Shown here: piece after piece, positions 49,550 to 60,116 of the stretch | Layout of the letters: each line of letters opens with the position of its first letter | How positions within the stretch are numbered: the stretch's first letter is position 1 | Assembly: GCA_963662435.1 (NCBI GenBank) | Contig: OY759598.1 | Location: 1,954,507 to 2,018,506 of the forward strand | Length of the DNA: 64,000 nt | Reading direction: 5' to 3' | From: Dehalococcoidia bacterium | GTDB lineage: Bacteria > Chloroflexota > Dehalococcoidia > Lucifugimonadales > VXLM01 | Notes under the pieces: generated by a model | What the model was told of the DNA's origin: nothing | Seen by the model: only the letters and a program-made list of their open reading frames with translations | Database searches by the model: none | Translations under genes and position numbers: made by a program

Positions 49550-50527
49550 TCAGCGTTCCATGACGACCTTGACGATTCCGTCGTCGTGGTCAACATACAT
49601 GTCGAAAGCGCGCTGGACTTGCTCAAATGGCAGACGGTGAGTGATGAGCTCCGCAGGGTCCCACCAGCCGCGCTGCTTGAGTTCAACCATCAGCTCGATG
49701 TGGGAACGAATGTCCTTCGTGTGGCCGGCGGCGACGGTCTTCAGTTGTCCGTTGCTGCCGCGAAAGTCCTTGTACTCCATCGGGACGACGAATCCGTTCT
49801 CCTTGCTCTTCTGCTGTATGCCGAACATGAGCACGATGCCGAAGCTCTTCATCAGCCTCAAGGCGTTGTTGAGCGTGTCGGGATATCCGGCTGCCTCGAC
49901 GACAATGTCGGGTTTCTCGCCGCCGAGGATGTCCAATACGGCTTCCTCCGTGGGGATCGTCGTGGGATTGACCGTGTGGGTGGCGCCGAACTTCGTGGAG
50001 TATTCGAGACGGTAGTCGAGCGGGTCTGCGGCGATGAGGTTGGAAACGCCGGAGCGGGACAGTATTGCCGTGAAGGCGAGCCCGATGGCGCCCTGCCCCA
50101 GCACGACGACGTTCTTGCCCAGCAGAGTACCCAGTTGCTGGCAGCCGTAGATGACGGTACCCGACGGCTGGCACATGAGCCATTCATCGAGGTTGCCCTC
50201 ATCCGGGAGGGATATCATCCGGTCCGGAAGAGCCTCTATGTACTCGACGAGCGTGGTGTCGCTTGTGGGGAGAACGATGACACGGTCACCTTCCCGGAAT
50301 CGCCCGGAACGGGTCTCGACAACCGTCCCGGCGATCTCGTGGGCGGGATGACCGATCTGCATCGGGTAGTCCTCTTCATCGAAAAGGGTGCCGTAGGTGT
50401 GCCGGATGTCGCTCCCGCAGATCGACCAGCGTTCGATCTCAATGAGGCAGCGCCCGTCGGACACTGTTGGAACGGGAGCATCGACTATCTCAAAGTTGCG
50501 GGGTCCGACCAGTCGCGCGGCCCTCAT
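49550..50527 (-). CDS. Zinc-binding MDR dehydrogenase
   Basis: ICGSDIRH, AHEIAG, GQGAIG, ITHRLP. Confidence 0.87.
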   Translation of the reverse strand: MRAARLVGPRNFEIVDAPVPTVSDGRCLIEIERWSICGSDIRHTYGTLFDEEDYPMQIGHPAHEIAGTVVETRSGRFREGDRVIVLPTSDTTLVEYIEALPDRMISLPDEGNLDEWLMCQPSGTVIYGCQQLGTLLGKNVVVLGQGAIGLAFTAILSRSGVSNLIAADPLDYRLEYSTKFGATHTVNPTTIPTEEAVLDILGGEKPDIVVEAAGYPDTLNNALRLMKSFGIVLMFGIQQKSKENGFVVPMEYKDFRGSNGQLKTVAAGHTKDIRSHIELMVELKQRGWWDPAELITHRLPFEQVQRAFDMYVDHDDGIVKVVMER

Positions 50528-51358
50528 TTAGAGCACCATCTGGGAGACGAACTCTGTGGTGGTCTCCCGTGAGACCTTCATGCCGTATTCGCTCACCGGC
50601 AGGTATTCATGGAGCTCGGGATTGTGCCGAAGGAAAGCCTCAGCGTATGGGACGCGCATGTGAAGTCCGGCCAAGCCTCCGTCGAGCACCTCGCCGAGCT
50701 TTCGCTGGAGGCCGCCGCCCTCGGAGTAGTGCTGGGAGGTGAACTTGTTCATCGCCTCGGCCTTCAGCTTGACGACGTCCGTGATATCGATGATCGTGTC
50801 TGGCATCCTGGGGTTCAGGCTTTCGAGGACGTTGGTGCGCCCGCGCTGGTCGTGGAAGAAGATCTGGGCGGTCCAACCTCCGGTGTCCCCGCCGGTGGGC
50901 GCGTAGTTCTTGCCCTCGCGGATGCCTGCAGCGGTGTCGGTGGCAATAAGGAGCATCTGGGTAGCCAGGGCGTGCGCGCCAACGGTGTCGTGGGGCCAAT
51001 GGGTGATGACGACGTGTGGGGCAATCTCCCCAATCACGTCGGCGATGTCACTGACGATCTCCGGCTGTATGGTGGTAATGGAGTCGTCGTATCCTAGGAA
51101 TCGCACGTCCGTGACTCCCAGCACGGCGGCGGCGTCCTCCAACTCCTTGCGGCGCTCACCGACCAGTTCGTCCATGTCGGGCATCTTGCCGGTGTCGCGA
51201 TAGGCGTTGATGCCGGTCAGGTGGTGCGACATTCCCGTGTAGGGAGTCAAGATGGTGACGTGGTCACTTCTCTGGACGTGCTTCGCGATGGTCCCTCCCG
51301 CGTAGAGGATGCAGTCCTTTGGGTGCCCCCCAATGTTGAGGATGCGCAGTTGCTCCAT
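50528..51358 (-). CDS. PIG-L/LmbE-family metalloenzyme
   Basis: GGHPKD..AGGTIA, RRKELEDAAAVLGV, VITHWP, IDITDV..K..AM..FTSQ, YAEAF. Confidence 0.85.
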   Translation of the reverse strand: MEQLRILNIGGHPKDCILYAGGTIAKHVQRSDHVTILTPYTGMSHHLTGINAYRDTGKMPDMDELVGERRKELEDAAAVLGVTDVRFLGYDDSITTIQPEIVSDIADVIGEIAPHVVITHWPHDTVGAHALATQMLLIATDTAAGIREGKNYAPTGGDTGGWTAQIFFHDQRGRTNVLESLNPRMPDTIIDITDVVKLKAEAMNKFTSQHYSEGGGLQRKLGEVLDGGLAGLHMRVPYAEAFLRHNPELHEYLPVSEYGMKVSRETTTEFVSQMVL

Positions 51359-51615
51359 TCTCTTTCAGTCTCCTTCGAGCCCATTTCGCGCAATTATACG
51401 CCAGTTCCTGTGGAGTAATGCAGTAGGTGAGAGCGTAAATTGCGATCTGGGCACTTTCCTCGAGAACCAAATCCTAACAATTGGATGAACTCCCTTCCAG
51501 AGTTGGCCTGGGATGCAGTCCATCGAAGGCCTGATGACGTTGTATAGTATGATTGCTGCGTCAGGGTGTAAGGCGCGTTGCAATCGAATTCCCAAAACCC
51601 ATTTGAGGTGTCGAT

Positions 51616-52227
51616 ATGCTGTTCAAGAGGCTCACCGGAACGAAGTCGATAAAGAAGCAGGAGGGCGTCACGGCGCCACCCGGCCAGTTTGTTACCGATA
51701 AGTGGCCGATCATGACTTTCGATGCTCCACCGAAGATCGACCTCGAAACATGGAGGTTCGACATATTCGGTCTGGTGGGTGAGGAGAAGTCGCTGAGCTG
51801 GGATGACTTCATGTCGCTCCCGAAGGTGACGATCGACGCAGAGTTCCATTGCGTGACGCAGTGGAGCCGGCTGGAGAATACGTGGGAGGGCGTGTCGTTC
51901 TCAGAGGTGATCGGCCTCGTCGACCCGAAGCCTGAAGCATCGCACGTCATGGTGCACTGCTTCGGTGGCTACACGACCAACCTCGCCCTTGACGTTCTCA
52001 ACGACGACGACGTGCTGTTCGCATACAACCACGACGGACAGCCTCTGGACCGCGACCACGGCGGCCCTCTGCGTCTCGTGGTGCCCAAGAAGTACGCCTG
52101 GAAGAGCGCGAAGTGGGTCAACGGCATCGAGCTTATGAATCGCGACCGGCCCGGCTTCTGGGAGCAGCGCGGCTACCACATGGAGGCCGACCCCTGGAAG
52201 GAAGAGCGCTTCGGCAGCTTTTGGTAA
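51616..52227 (+). CDS. Sulfite oxidase-like molybdopterin oxidoreductase (YuiH-like)
   Basis: [45 protein letters not shown]. Confidence 0.92.
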   Translation: MLFKRLTGTKSIKKQEGVTAPPGQFVTDKWPIMTFDAPPKIDLETWRFDIFGLVGEEKSLSWDDFMSLPKVTIDAEFHCVTQWSRLENTWEGVSFSEVIGLVDPKPEASHVMVHCFGGYTTNLALDVLNDDDVLFAYNHDGQPLDRDHGGPLRLVVPKKYAWKSAKWVNGIELMNRDRPGFWEQRGYHMEADPWKEERFGSFW

Positions 52228-52340
52228 AGGGGCTGATGATCAGACACCCCATGGCACGGATTCCCTTGCGTTCAGTTGCCGGTCCGTAGGCTGCAACTGG
52301 ATGCCCTGGATTCCCGATATCGTAACTTCTGAACGCACTT

Positions 52341-52387
52341 TACAAAAGCAAAGGCCCTTTCGGGCGAGGTCCGAAAGGGCCTTTGCT
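52341..52387 (-). terminator. Intrinsic terminator with 17-bp stem
   Basis: AGCAAAGGCCCTTTCGG-N7-CCGAAAGGGCCTTTGCT followed by T residues on the minus strand. Confidence 0.8.
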
Positions 52388-52418
52388 GTGGGCCGACGAC
52401 CGGCCTGGTTGCCTGGAT

Positions 52419-52625
52419 CTATGCCGCACGGATGGTGGAAGTTCGCTCCCTCGCCGGTCGATTGGCGACCTTCTTCTTGACGGGAGCCATCTCCATGCCG
52501 AAGAGGCTCGGCTTGCGGAGGTCCACCATGTAGCCGCACATGAGGCATTCGCGATACTCTCCGTACATATCTCGGTTTTCGTGCAAATCTCCACTGCACC
52601 TGGGACAAGCCTTGAACATAATCAT
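52419..52625 (-). CDS. Small zinc-ribbon protein
   Basis: AAGGAGG RBS; MIMFKACPRCSGDL...CLMCGY. Confidence 0.8.
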   Translation of the reverse strand: MIMFKACPRCSGDLHENRDMYGEYRECLMCGYMVDLRKPSLFGMEMAPVKKKVANRPARERTSTIRAA

Positions 52626-52821
52626 CTTCGAACCTCCTTCCGTTTCCGTCGAGTTAGATTGACTTTGCAGATTTTTCGCCTCTGGGAGTTGCTCCTCGCC
52701 GTATGTAGACGTTCCCCACGTTTGAAAAGTCCCCGACGTCGACAGTGTGGCGCCACTGAGCAGGCCTACGTTAATCGACGGATGGGCGCTACTGGGTTCG
52801 CCTTTCATGACTGTCAACTCC

Positions 52822-52851
52822 CTTGACATACTCTGTATCAAGTTATACAAT
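52822..52851 (+). promoter_or_regulatory. Sigma70 promoter overlapped by a HAIR-like operator
   Basis: TTGACA(52823)-N17-TACAAT(52846); CTTGA-N11-TCAAG at 52822-52842. Confidence 0.7.
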
Positions 52852-52896
52852 GTGCATCGTAACCACTATAACGCCGCTTCACTCGATTTGGTTAGT

Positions 52897-53448
52897 ATGC
52901 TCTTCGATCCTGACAGGCCTTCCACCAGACGCTCAGGTGTTGTCAATAGAACGTCCACTTTCCCTCCGGGGTTAGTGGGAGCGCTGCAAGACATCCTCGA
53001 GGAGGCAAGCCGCGCACGGGAGTCGGCGCGTACCCGTCGCCGGCAGGGCCCTCCGACAGGCTCAAGGCAGACGGCCAGTAAGGGAAGAGGCGCTGGGCGA
53101 CCGGAAGTCGACGGGGTGTACATTATCAGTGTCGCCGCACGAATCCTCGAAATGCACCCGCAGACGCTCCGGAAATATGAGCGCGCGGGGCTGGTCCAGC
53201 CCACCAGGACCGAGGGTATGCTCCGGCTCTACTCCGAGCTTGATATCGCTCGGCTGAGACTCATCAAGCACCTTGTGGGGGACCTGGGTCTGAATTTGGC
53301 AGGCGTGCAGCTCGTGCTCGAACTGTTCAACAAACTGCTCAGCATGAAGGTGGAATTGCGACGGGAGGACGGCGGGGACATAAGGCAGGCAATCGACGAC
53401 AGCATCGATGAAATGATCGCACTGCTGTATTCGCGGCAGGACCGCTAG
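52897..53448 (+). CDS. hspR: HspR-like MerR-family heat-shock repressor
   Basis: YIISVAARILEMHPQTLRKYERAGLVQP.RT..RLYS, LGLNLAGV; start uncertain. Confidence 0.88.
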   Translation: MLFDPDRPSTRRSGVVNRTSTFPPGLVGALQDILEEASRARESARTRRRQGPPTGSRQTASKGRGAGRPEVDGVYIISVAARILEMHPQTLRKYERAGLVQPTRTEGMLRLYSELDIARLRLIKHLVGDLGLNLAGVQLVLELFNKLLSMKVELRREDGGDIRQAIDDSIDEMIALLYSRQDR

Positions 53449-53500
53449 AAAGCGCCTTTCATCGGCTTTCCGAATCAGAAATGTATAAAGGGTGGAGTAT

Positions 53501-54097
53501 ATGAGCGAACATGAGGATAGCACCGAGGAGGTCTCGGCGCAGGGCGAAGAAACAAACAGTACGGACGACTGTGAAGGGGCGGACGATCTTCAGGCGCGTC
53601 TCGAAGAGGCGGAGCGCGAGCGCGAACAGTTCAAGGGCATAGCGGCGCGGGCGCAGGCTGACCTCGTCAACTATCGCAGGCGGGCCGATGAGGAAAAGGA
53701 CGAGATTCGACGGACCGCTAAGTCGTCGTTGCTCACGAAGATCATCTCGACAGTCGACGATCTGGACCGCGCCCTGGCGATGATACCTGGTGAAGAGTCG
53801 GCCGGATGGGCTGAGGGGATCCAGCTCGTGCGACGAAACCTGGTGGGCACGCTGGATTCCGAGGGAGTAACGAGGCTCGAATCGTTGGGGAGTCCGTATG
53901 ACCCGGCGTACGCGGAGGCCCTGCAATTTCGAGAGACGGAGGATGGAGAAGAGGGGACCGTGGTTGAGGTCTACAAGGAAGGGTATATGTATAGAGGCCG
54001 GGTGTTGCGGGCCGCGCAGGTCGTCGTGGCCAAGCGTCCCGAACAGCCGGAAACTACCGAATCAAACGAAACGAACAGCGACAAGGAGATAGGGTAA
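53501..54097 (+). CDS. grpE: Nucleotide exchange factor
   Basis: [35 protein letters not shown]. Confidence 0.95.
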   Translation: MSEHEDSTEEVSAQGEETNSTDDCEGADDLQARLEEAEREREQFKGIAARAQADLVNYRRRADEEKDEIRRTAKSSLLTKIISTVDDLDRALAMIPGEESAGWAEGIQLVRRNLVGTLDSEGVTRLESLGSPYDPAYAEALQFRETEDGEEGTVVEVYKEGYMYRGRVLRAAQVVVAKRPEQPETTESNETNSDKEIG

Positions 54098-56007
54098 TGG
54101 CGAAGATTCTGGGAATCGACCTGGGCACGACGAATTCGTGCATGGCCGTGATCGAGGGGGGCGAGCCCCGCGTCATCGAGAATGCAGAGGGTGGACGAAC
54201 GACACCGTCGGTGGCGGCGCTCAATCCAAAGAGCGGCGAGCGCTACGTCGGGACAACGGCAAAGCGGCAAGCCGTGACGAACTCCGAGAACACCATTTTT
54301 TCGGTGAAGCGGTTCATGGGACGTCGTTACGGCGAGGACAGTGTGCAGCGGGATATGAAGCTCGTTCCATTCAAGGTGGACAAGCACACTAATGGCGACG
54401 CCTACGTGGTAATGGGCGACAAGAGCTACGCCCCGCCCGAGATGTCGGCGATGATCCTCCAAAAGCTCAAGCAGGACGCGGAGTCCAAGCTGGGCGAGAC
54501 TATCACGCAGGCGGTCATCACGGTCCCGGCATACTTCAACGACAGTCAGCGAAACGCGACGAAGGACGCGGGCCGAATTGCGGGCCTTGAGGTTCTGCGG
54601 ATCATCAACGAGCCCACGGCGGCATCCCTTGCGTACGGCCTGGATAAGAAGACCGAAGAGACCATCGCCGTCTACGACCTTGGAGGCGGGACTTTCGACA
54701 TCACCATACTGCAAATCGGCGAGGGCGTGTTCGAGGTGAGGTCGACCAACGGAGACACCCACCTTGGGGGCGACGACTTCGACCAGCGCATCATGGACTG
54801 GATCGTCGAGGAGTTCAAACGCGATCAGGGCATCGATCTTGCCAACGATCGCATGGCCCTTCAGAGGCTGCGAGAGGCGGCCGAGAAGGCGAAGATCGAA
54901 CTCTCTTCGCTCATGGAGACCGAGATCAACCTCCCGTTCATCACGGCGGACGCGTCCGGCCCGAAACACCTCGTGATGAGCCTTTCGCGGTCGAAGTTGG
55001 AGCAACTCGTGGGAGACCTCGTGGAGAGGTCTATCGGTCCCTGCAGACAGGCGCTCAAGGACGCTGAGATCGATGCGGGTGGCATCGACGAAGTCATTCT
55101 CGTTGGTGGCATGACGCGGATGCCCTCGGTCCAGAAGGCCGTGCAGGACCTCTTCGGGAAGGAAGCGCACCAGGGTGTGAACCCGGACGAAGTCGTTGCT
55201 GTGGGCGCTGCCATTCAGGCCGGCATCCTGCAGGGCGACGTACAGGACCTGCTGCTGTTGGACGTTACGCCCTTGACGTTGGGAATCGAGACGCTGGGCG
55301 GCGTGTCCACGGCGCTCATCCCGCGAAACACGACCATACCGACGGCCAAGACGGAGACCTTCACCACGGCGGCTGACAGTCAGACGAGCGTAGAGGTTCA
55401 CGTGCTCCAGGGCGAGCGCGATATGGCGAGCAACAACAAGAGCATCGGGCGATTCATGCTCGACGGAATCCTGCCTGCTCCTCGGGGCGTACCTCAGATC
55501 GAGGTGACCTTCGATATCGACGCCAACGGCATTCTGAACGTTTCGGCCAAGGACAAGGGAACGGGCAAGGAACAGAAGATCACGATAACGGCGAGTTCGG
55601 GCCTGAGCGACGATGAAGTCGACCAGATGGTCCGCGATGCGGAGGAACACGCGGAGGAAGACCGGCAGCAGCGCGAGAAGGTGGAGACCCGCAACGCCGC
55701 GGAAAACGCGGCGTTCGCCGCCGAGAAGCTCGTCCAAGAGAATGAGGACAAGATCCCGGAGGAGATGAAGGAAGACATCAACGGCAAGATCGCCGCGGTG
55801 CGCGCTGCGATCTCCGACGAGGACACGGAACGGATCAAGTCTTCCATGGAGGAACTAAACACCGCCCTCCAAGGGGTGGGAGAAGCCGTATACGGCGCTC
55901 AGCAGGGGGAACCGCAAGCATCCGCCGAAGACGCGAATGCGACTGCTGAGGAGTCTGATAGCGACGACGAGGGCACGGTCGAGGGAGAGTTCCGCGAAGT
56001 GAAGTAG
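54097..56007 (+). CDS. dnaK: Hsp70 chaperone
   Basis: [32 protein letters not shown]. Confidence 0.99.
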   Translation: MAKILGIDLGTTNSCMAVIEGGEPRVIENAEGGRTTPSVAALNPKSGERYVGTTAKRQAVTNSENTIFSVKRFMGRRYGEDSVQRDMKLVPFKVDKHTNGDAYVVMGDKSYAPPEMSAMILQKLKQDAESKLGETITQAVITVPAYFNDSQRNATKDAGRIAGLEVLRIINEPTAASLAYGLDKKTEETIAVYDLGGGTFDITILQIGEGVFEVRSTNGDTHLGGDDFDQRIMDWIVEEFKRDQGIDLANDRMALQRLREAAEKAKIELSSLMETEINLPFITADASGPKHLVMSLSRSKLEQLVGDLVERSIGPCRQALKDAEIDAGGIDEVILVGGMTRMPSVQKAVQDLFGKEAHQGVNPDEVVAVGAAIQAGILQGDVQDLLLLDVTPLTLGIETLGGVSTALIPRNTTIPTAKTETFTTAADSQTSVEVHVLQGERDMASNNKSIGRFMLDGILPAPRGVPQIEVTFDIDANGILNVSAKDKGTGKEQKITITASSGLSDDEVDQMVRDAEEHAEEDRQQREKVETRNAAENAAFAAEKLVQENEDKIPEEMKEDINGKIAAVRAAISDEDTERIKSSMEELNTALQGVGEAVYGAQQGEPQASAEDANATAEESDSDDEGTVEGEFREVK

Positions 56008-56033
56008 CGGTCTCTAACAGACTGTTTTTGAAC

Positions 56034-56066
56034 AAGGCCGTCCACTATTGGGCGGCCTTCATTTTT
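56034..56066 (+). terminator. Intrinsic terminator after dnaK
   Basis: AAGGCCGTCCA-CTAT-TGGGCGGCCTT followed by CATTTTT. Confidence 0.7.
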
Positions 56067-56087
56067 CCCCGATGGTGGGAAATCTCG

Positions 56088-57221
56088 CTACCCCGATCTG
56101 ATACCGTGCGTGGGGAATATCAGTCCCTGCACGGCACCCACACTGGCCTCGGCGAAAGTCCTCGCGTCTTTCTCCGCGCCGCGTACGATATCCGGGAGGG
56201 TACCGCCGTCCGGAAGTGACTCGACTCCGTACTGAAGCCGGTATGACTCCGGAATCTCATCGTTGAGGTCCTGTTCTGACATGACACCGTAGGCGAGAGT
56301 CCAGGACCGGGCTACCGCCTGCAGGTCGTAGCCGCCGCCTCCAAGGGCGAGCCACTTAGGGGCCCTGCCGGAGAACTCTGTGACGACCCTGCCGAAGCCC
56401 TGTGTCGTGAGTGCGAGGTGGGTAATAGGATCGAGGTAGTGGGAGTCGATGCCGAGTTGAGTTACCAGCACGTCGGGGCGGAAAGCGTCCAGCAGGGGGA
56501 GGACGACCTGTTGGAACGCCCAGAAGTAAGTTTCGTCGCTCGTGTAAGGGTAAAGAGGAACGTTTACCGAGTAGCCTCTCCCTAGTCCCGTCCCGGTCTC
56601 CTGAACGTACCCCGTTCCGGGGAAGAGGAACTGCCCTGTTTCATGCATGGAAATGGTGAGGACACGGTCAGTGTCGTAGAAGGCGAACTGGACGCCGTCG
56701 CCATGGTGGCAGTCGATGTCGACGTAGGCGACGCGGAGTCCGCGACGGAGCATCTCCTTAATGGCGAGCACGGGGTCGTTGAATACGCAGAAGCCGTAGG
56801 CGTACCCCGGCATGGCATGGTGGAGTCCGCCGGAGATGTTGAAGGCGGCACTGTAACCCTCGTCAATGAGCAGCTCGACACACCGCATGGAACCTCCGGT
56901 AGAGAGCATGGCGGCGGCGTATATACCTTCGTATGCAGGGTTATCGCCGGGGCCAAAGTTGAAGTCCATGAGATCTACGGCGCTGTCGCCCTTCCCCACT
57001 CTCTCGACGGCATCGACGTACTCGTGCGTGTGGAAAGAAGAGACCTCGTGTACCGTTGCGGGTCGTGGAGTGGCGAGAGTCGAATGATCGGGTTGGAACA
57101 AGCCATAGGCGTTGGCAAGCTCATAGGTATAGCGCAATCGAATCGGGCGCATGGGATGGGTCTCGCTCAGAACGTGGCGAGACAACGAATCTCCGTATAC
57201 GAACGCTGACTTAGGGGGCAT
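56088..57221 (-). CDS. acuC: AcuC/histone deacetylase family protein
   Basis: HPMRPIR, GGLHHA, GFCVFND, YVDIDCHHGDG, GGGGY. Confidence 0.9.
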   Translation of the reverse strand: MPPKSAFVYGDSLSRHVLSETHPMRPIRLRYTYELANAYGLFQPDHSTLATPRPATVHEVSSFHTHEYVDAVERVGKGDSAVDLMDFNFGPGDNPAYEGIYAAAMLSTGGSMRCVELLIDEGYSAAFNISGGLHHAMPGYAYGFCVFNDPVLAIKEMLRRGLRVAYVDIDCHHGDGVQFAFYDTDRVLTISMHETGQFLFPGTGYVQETGTGLGRGYSVNVPLYPYTSDETYFWAFQQVVLPLLDAFRPDVLVTQLGIDSHYLDPITHLALTTQGFGRVVTEFSGRAPKWLALGGGGYDLQAVARSWTLAYGVMSEQDLNDEIPESYRLQYGVESLPDGGTLPDIVRGAEKDARTFAEASVGAVQGLIFPTHGIRSG

Positions 57222-57268
57222 TGAATGGGCTGTCGAAGCGTTTGCTGCCGCGATGTTGGAAGACGGTG

Positions 57269-58150
57269 CTACTGTTCGCCGGTGGCGTCGCGATCGGCGC
57301 GAATGCGTGCGATCGTTGTCCGGAGACGGTCGGAGTCCGCCCCCAGCTGGATGGCGACATCGATGTCAATCTCCGCGCGCTCATCTTCACCCAATATGAT
57401 GAGAACGATGGCGCGATTGACGTGCGCGTCGCGATCGCGAAGCCTCAGGTCAATCAGGCGGTCGTACTCCCACAAGGCATCGTTCGGGCGGCCAAGCGCC
57501 ATGAAGATGCTGGCCCGAAAATTGTGAACCTCCGCGTACTGGGGATCGATCTTCAGAATCTCCTCGAGGTCGACGAGGGACTCCTCGTAGAATTCGAGCC
57601 TCACGTAGACCATCGCACGGTTGAGATAGGCATCGACCATCCCAGGGTTGAGGTCTATCGCCGACGAAAAGTCTTCAAGGGCGCTGGCCACATCCAACTG
57701 GGACATTCGCGCGACACCGCGATTGTTCAGATAATCTGGGTCGTCCGGCACTAGCTCTATGGCCTTTGTAAAGTCCGCTTCCGCCGAATCGAACTCCTCT
57801 AACGCGAGGTAGGCCGCGCCCCTGTCGTTGTAGGCGTCGCTGAATGCGGAATCGAGCTCGATGGCTTTCGTGAACAGGTTGATGGCGAAGTCGTTGTCTC
57901 CTGCGTCGGAGTACGACACGGCCGCGACGTAGTATTCCTCGGCCGTGGGAGGAGTGTCGTCGGAAGCAGGCTCGGGGGTGAGTTCCGGTTCAGGCGTTGG
58001 CGGAGGCGTCGGAGAAGGTAACGGCGTGGGCGACGGGATAGGTGTCAGGGTGGGAAGTGGTGTGGGATCGACGTCCGGTGATGATTCCCCACATGCCGCA
58101 ATGAGAACAAGCAGCGCCGAAAGACCCGCGACTAAGCGGAGGGTGTGCAT
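57269..58150 (-). CDS. TPR-repeat lipoprotein with Pro/Thr linker
   Basis: Lipobox IAAC, PTP-rich linker, repeats AYNDRG / YLNNRG / AYLNRA. Confidence 0.88.
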   Translation of the reverse strand: MHTLRLVAGLSALLVLIAACGESSPDVDPTPLPTLTPIPSPTPLPSPTPPPTPEPELTPEPASDDTPPTAEEYYVAAVSYSDAGDNDFAINLFTKAIELDSAFSDAYNDRGAAYLALEEFDSAEADFTKAIELVPDDPDYLNNRGVARMSQLDVASALEDFSSAIDLNPGMVDAYLNRAMVYVRLEFYEESLVDLEEILKIDPQYAEVHNFRASIFMALGRPNDALWEYDRLIDLRLRDRDAHVNRAIVLIILGEDERAEIDIDVAIQLGADSDRLRTTIARIRADRDATGEQ

Positions 58151-58228
58151 ATGACCGCCTCGAACCAGCCAAAGTTTGCGACGGCCGTTCGACTCACCTC
58201 AATTATATCAGAGTGATGAAACGGAGGC

Positions 58229-58816
58229 CTAAGCCAGCAAGACTATGCGACCTGCCTTGAGGAGGATCTCGAAGTATCTACGCAGTAGCTTCACTAAGGC
58301 GTGGGCAATGAGCGCGGCGACTACTCCTATTAGAGCGCCGGCGATCACATCCAACGGATAGTGAACGCCCGCATAGACACGGGAGAATGCGTATGTGGCT
58401 GAAACCGCCAATAGCGCGCTGCCGACCCGGCGGTTGAAGACCCAGACGGCAGTCGACACTCCAAAAGCCAGGGCCGCAGCGTTTGCGGGGAAGGACGAAT
58501 CGGTGGGTTCGTAGAAGAGCAGCGACACCTCATGATCGACAAATGGGCGGTCACGGAAGAGGAAGTTGTTCAGTATCTCTATTGACCCGTTGGCGAGGGC
58601 CAGGGCAAGGACCGCTGCTAAGACACCAAGCTGATAGCGGCTGCGGGAGGCGGTATCGGCAGCGAACCAGAGGGCCAGTAAGGTGAGAGCCAACGCAACT
58701 GGCACGAGGTAGTCGCTGACTACGATCTCGATGAGAGCGTCAAAGGCGGGCGCTTGGCCGACGAAGCCGTTCAGCCAAAGAAATAGGGTTTCGTCCATGT
58801 CCGCCAAGTCCGTCAT
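58229..58816 (-). CDS. PAP2 phosphatase (BcrC-like undecaprenyl diphosphatase)
   Basis: RDRPF, SSFPANA, SRVYAGVHYPLD. Confidence 0.85.
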   Translation of the reverse strand: MTDLADMDETLFLWLNGFVGQAPAFDALIEIVVSDYLVPVALALTLLALWFAADTASRSRYQLGVLAAVLALALANGSIEILNNFLFRDRPFVDHEVSLLFYEPTDSSFPANAAALAFGVSTAVWVFNRRVGSALLAVSATYAFSRVYAGVHYPLDVIAGALIGVVAALIAHALVKLLRRYFEILLKAGRIVLLA

Positions 58817-59216
58817 GCTTGCTAAGGAACCGGATGTTGTTCGCGAGGGCTTGGATGAAGTTCGTACGTTTCAGGGACTCGATACCGTTTTCGATCTGAG
58901 TCGGATGTGCCATCCTTCTGTTGACCAGTGAGGTTACTGCGAAGGTGAGGGTAAGGGCGGTTATCGTACCGAGGATGAAGTAGAGGCCCTGGAAGTTGCC
59001 GTCAAGGCCGCCTTCGTAGTCGTTGATGTTGCGTCTGTCAGTAGCGAAGAACAGGATAGGCCCGGCTATGGCCAGGCCGATTCCAAGGGTTCGAGACCAC
59101 AGTGTGGACTTGAAGAAGAGGAGAGCGTTGAGCTTGCCGACTGACGCCGCAACTTGCAGGATGCCAACGGCCGCGATGACGACCATGAGATAGTAGTCGA
59201 CGGCAAAGCTGAACAT
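58740..59216 (-). CDS. Hypothetical membrane protein
   Basis: Three hydrophobic segments; fits the minus-strand operon. Confidence 0.65.
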   Translation of the reverse strand: MFSFAVDYYLMVVIAAVGILQVAASVGKLNALLFFKSTLWSRTLGIGLAIAGPILFFATDRRNINDYEGGLDGNFQGLYFILGTITALTLTFAVTSLVNRRMAHPTQIENGIESLKRTNFIQALANNIRFLSKHDGLGGHGRNPISLAERLRRPSARL

Positions 59217-59276
59217 GCCGGTTCAGGCCGCTCTATCCGTTTGGGAAGGAGGGAGGGCGAAACACACGTGCTCAGG

Positions 59277-60116
59277 TCACTCCTCGACCCAGTGGCGGAA
59301 GAGGGTCTTGGCCTCTTCGGGAAGGTCCTCGAACACGTCGCGCCTGACGAGAGGCGCCTCACTCGGCTTGCCGCCTGTCTCGACGATTATCTGTGTATGG
59401 TCCGGCGTTCCCGGGCGCTGGACGGAGAGGTTCAGCCACCAGGGGGCGTAGCGCGCGATGACGGCTGTGCGCGGACGGTCGCCATGGTTCGTTGCTACGC
59501 TGTGCCATAGTCGGCTGTCGAACAGGAGAACGCTGCCGGCGCCGCCAATTGCACTGATCTCGGTTGGATAGGGAGAGTCTCGGTCCACGTCCGTCTCGCC
59601 GGAAGGGTTCTCGGGCGACCGGTGGCTGCCTGGAACGACTAGAGTTCCTCCCGTCTCCTCCGTGAATGGCGAAAGCATGAAAATAGCGGTAATGTGCATC
59701 ACGGCATTCGGGTACGGGGCCGGAATGTGTGTCGCGACGGTCTGGTTGAACGGCCAGTCGGAATGCCAGTATCCTCGCGCGTTGCCGGGATGGTTCATGA
59801 CGGCGCCCACTGACGATATGCGAGTATAGGGACCGAAGATACTCTCGCACGGTTCGAGGATTCGACGGTCGGCGAGATAGCGGCCAAAGCCTGGCACGTG
59901 GTTGATGAGGCCGCCAAGAGCAGCCACGCCGCTCGCTCCGATGCGGTGGCCGCGAGCGCGGACGTTCGCCTGCATTTCCTCGTTTATCCGCTGGTGTGCC
60001 GCGACCGCGCCTTCGACCTCCTCCAGTACTGTGTCGATTGCGTCCCCAGGGATTACCCCTTCGAGGATGCAGAATCCGTCCATATCGAGTCGTCGGAGTG
60101 TTTCGTTCGTATTCAA
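59277..60116 (-). CDS. PhyH-family dioxygenase with canonical HxD
   Basis: DGFCIL, YWHSDWP, GGTLVVPGSH, FDSRLWH; TTG start chosen because the longer ORF runs through a REP element. Confidence 0.88.
   Translation of the reverse strand: MNTNETLRRLDMDGFCILEGVIPGDAIDTVLEEVEGAVAAHQRINEEMQANVRARGHRIGASGVAALGGLINHVPGFGRYLADRRILEPCESIFGPYTRISSVGAVMNHPGNARGYWHSDWPFNQTVATHIPAPYPNAVMHITAIFMLSPFTEETGGTLVVPGSHRSPENPSGETDVDRDSPYPTEISAIGGAGSVLLFDSRLWHSVATNHGDRPRTAVIARYAPWWLNLSVQRPGTPDHTQIIVETGGKPSEAPLVRRDVFEDLPEEAKTLFRHWVEE

Noticed and set aside
52260..52340. Alternative hairpins TGCGTTCAG/CTGAACGCA and CAGTTGC/GCAACTG
   Set aside because: Short stems between convergent genes with no promoter or family motif; insufficient for an RNA call.
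53971..55737. 588-aa ORF antisense to dnaK, and similar shadows opposite other genes
   Set aside because: Antisense open frames are expected from GC-rich codon bias; no independent protein motifs.
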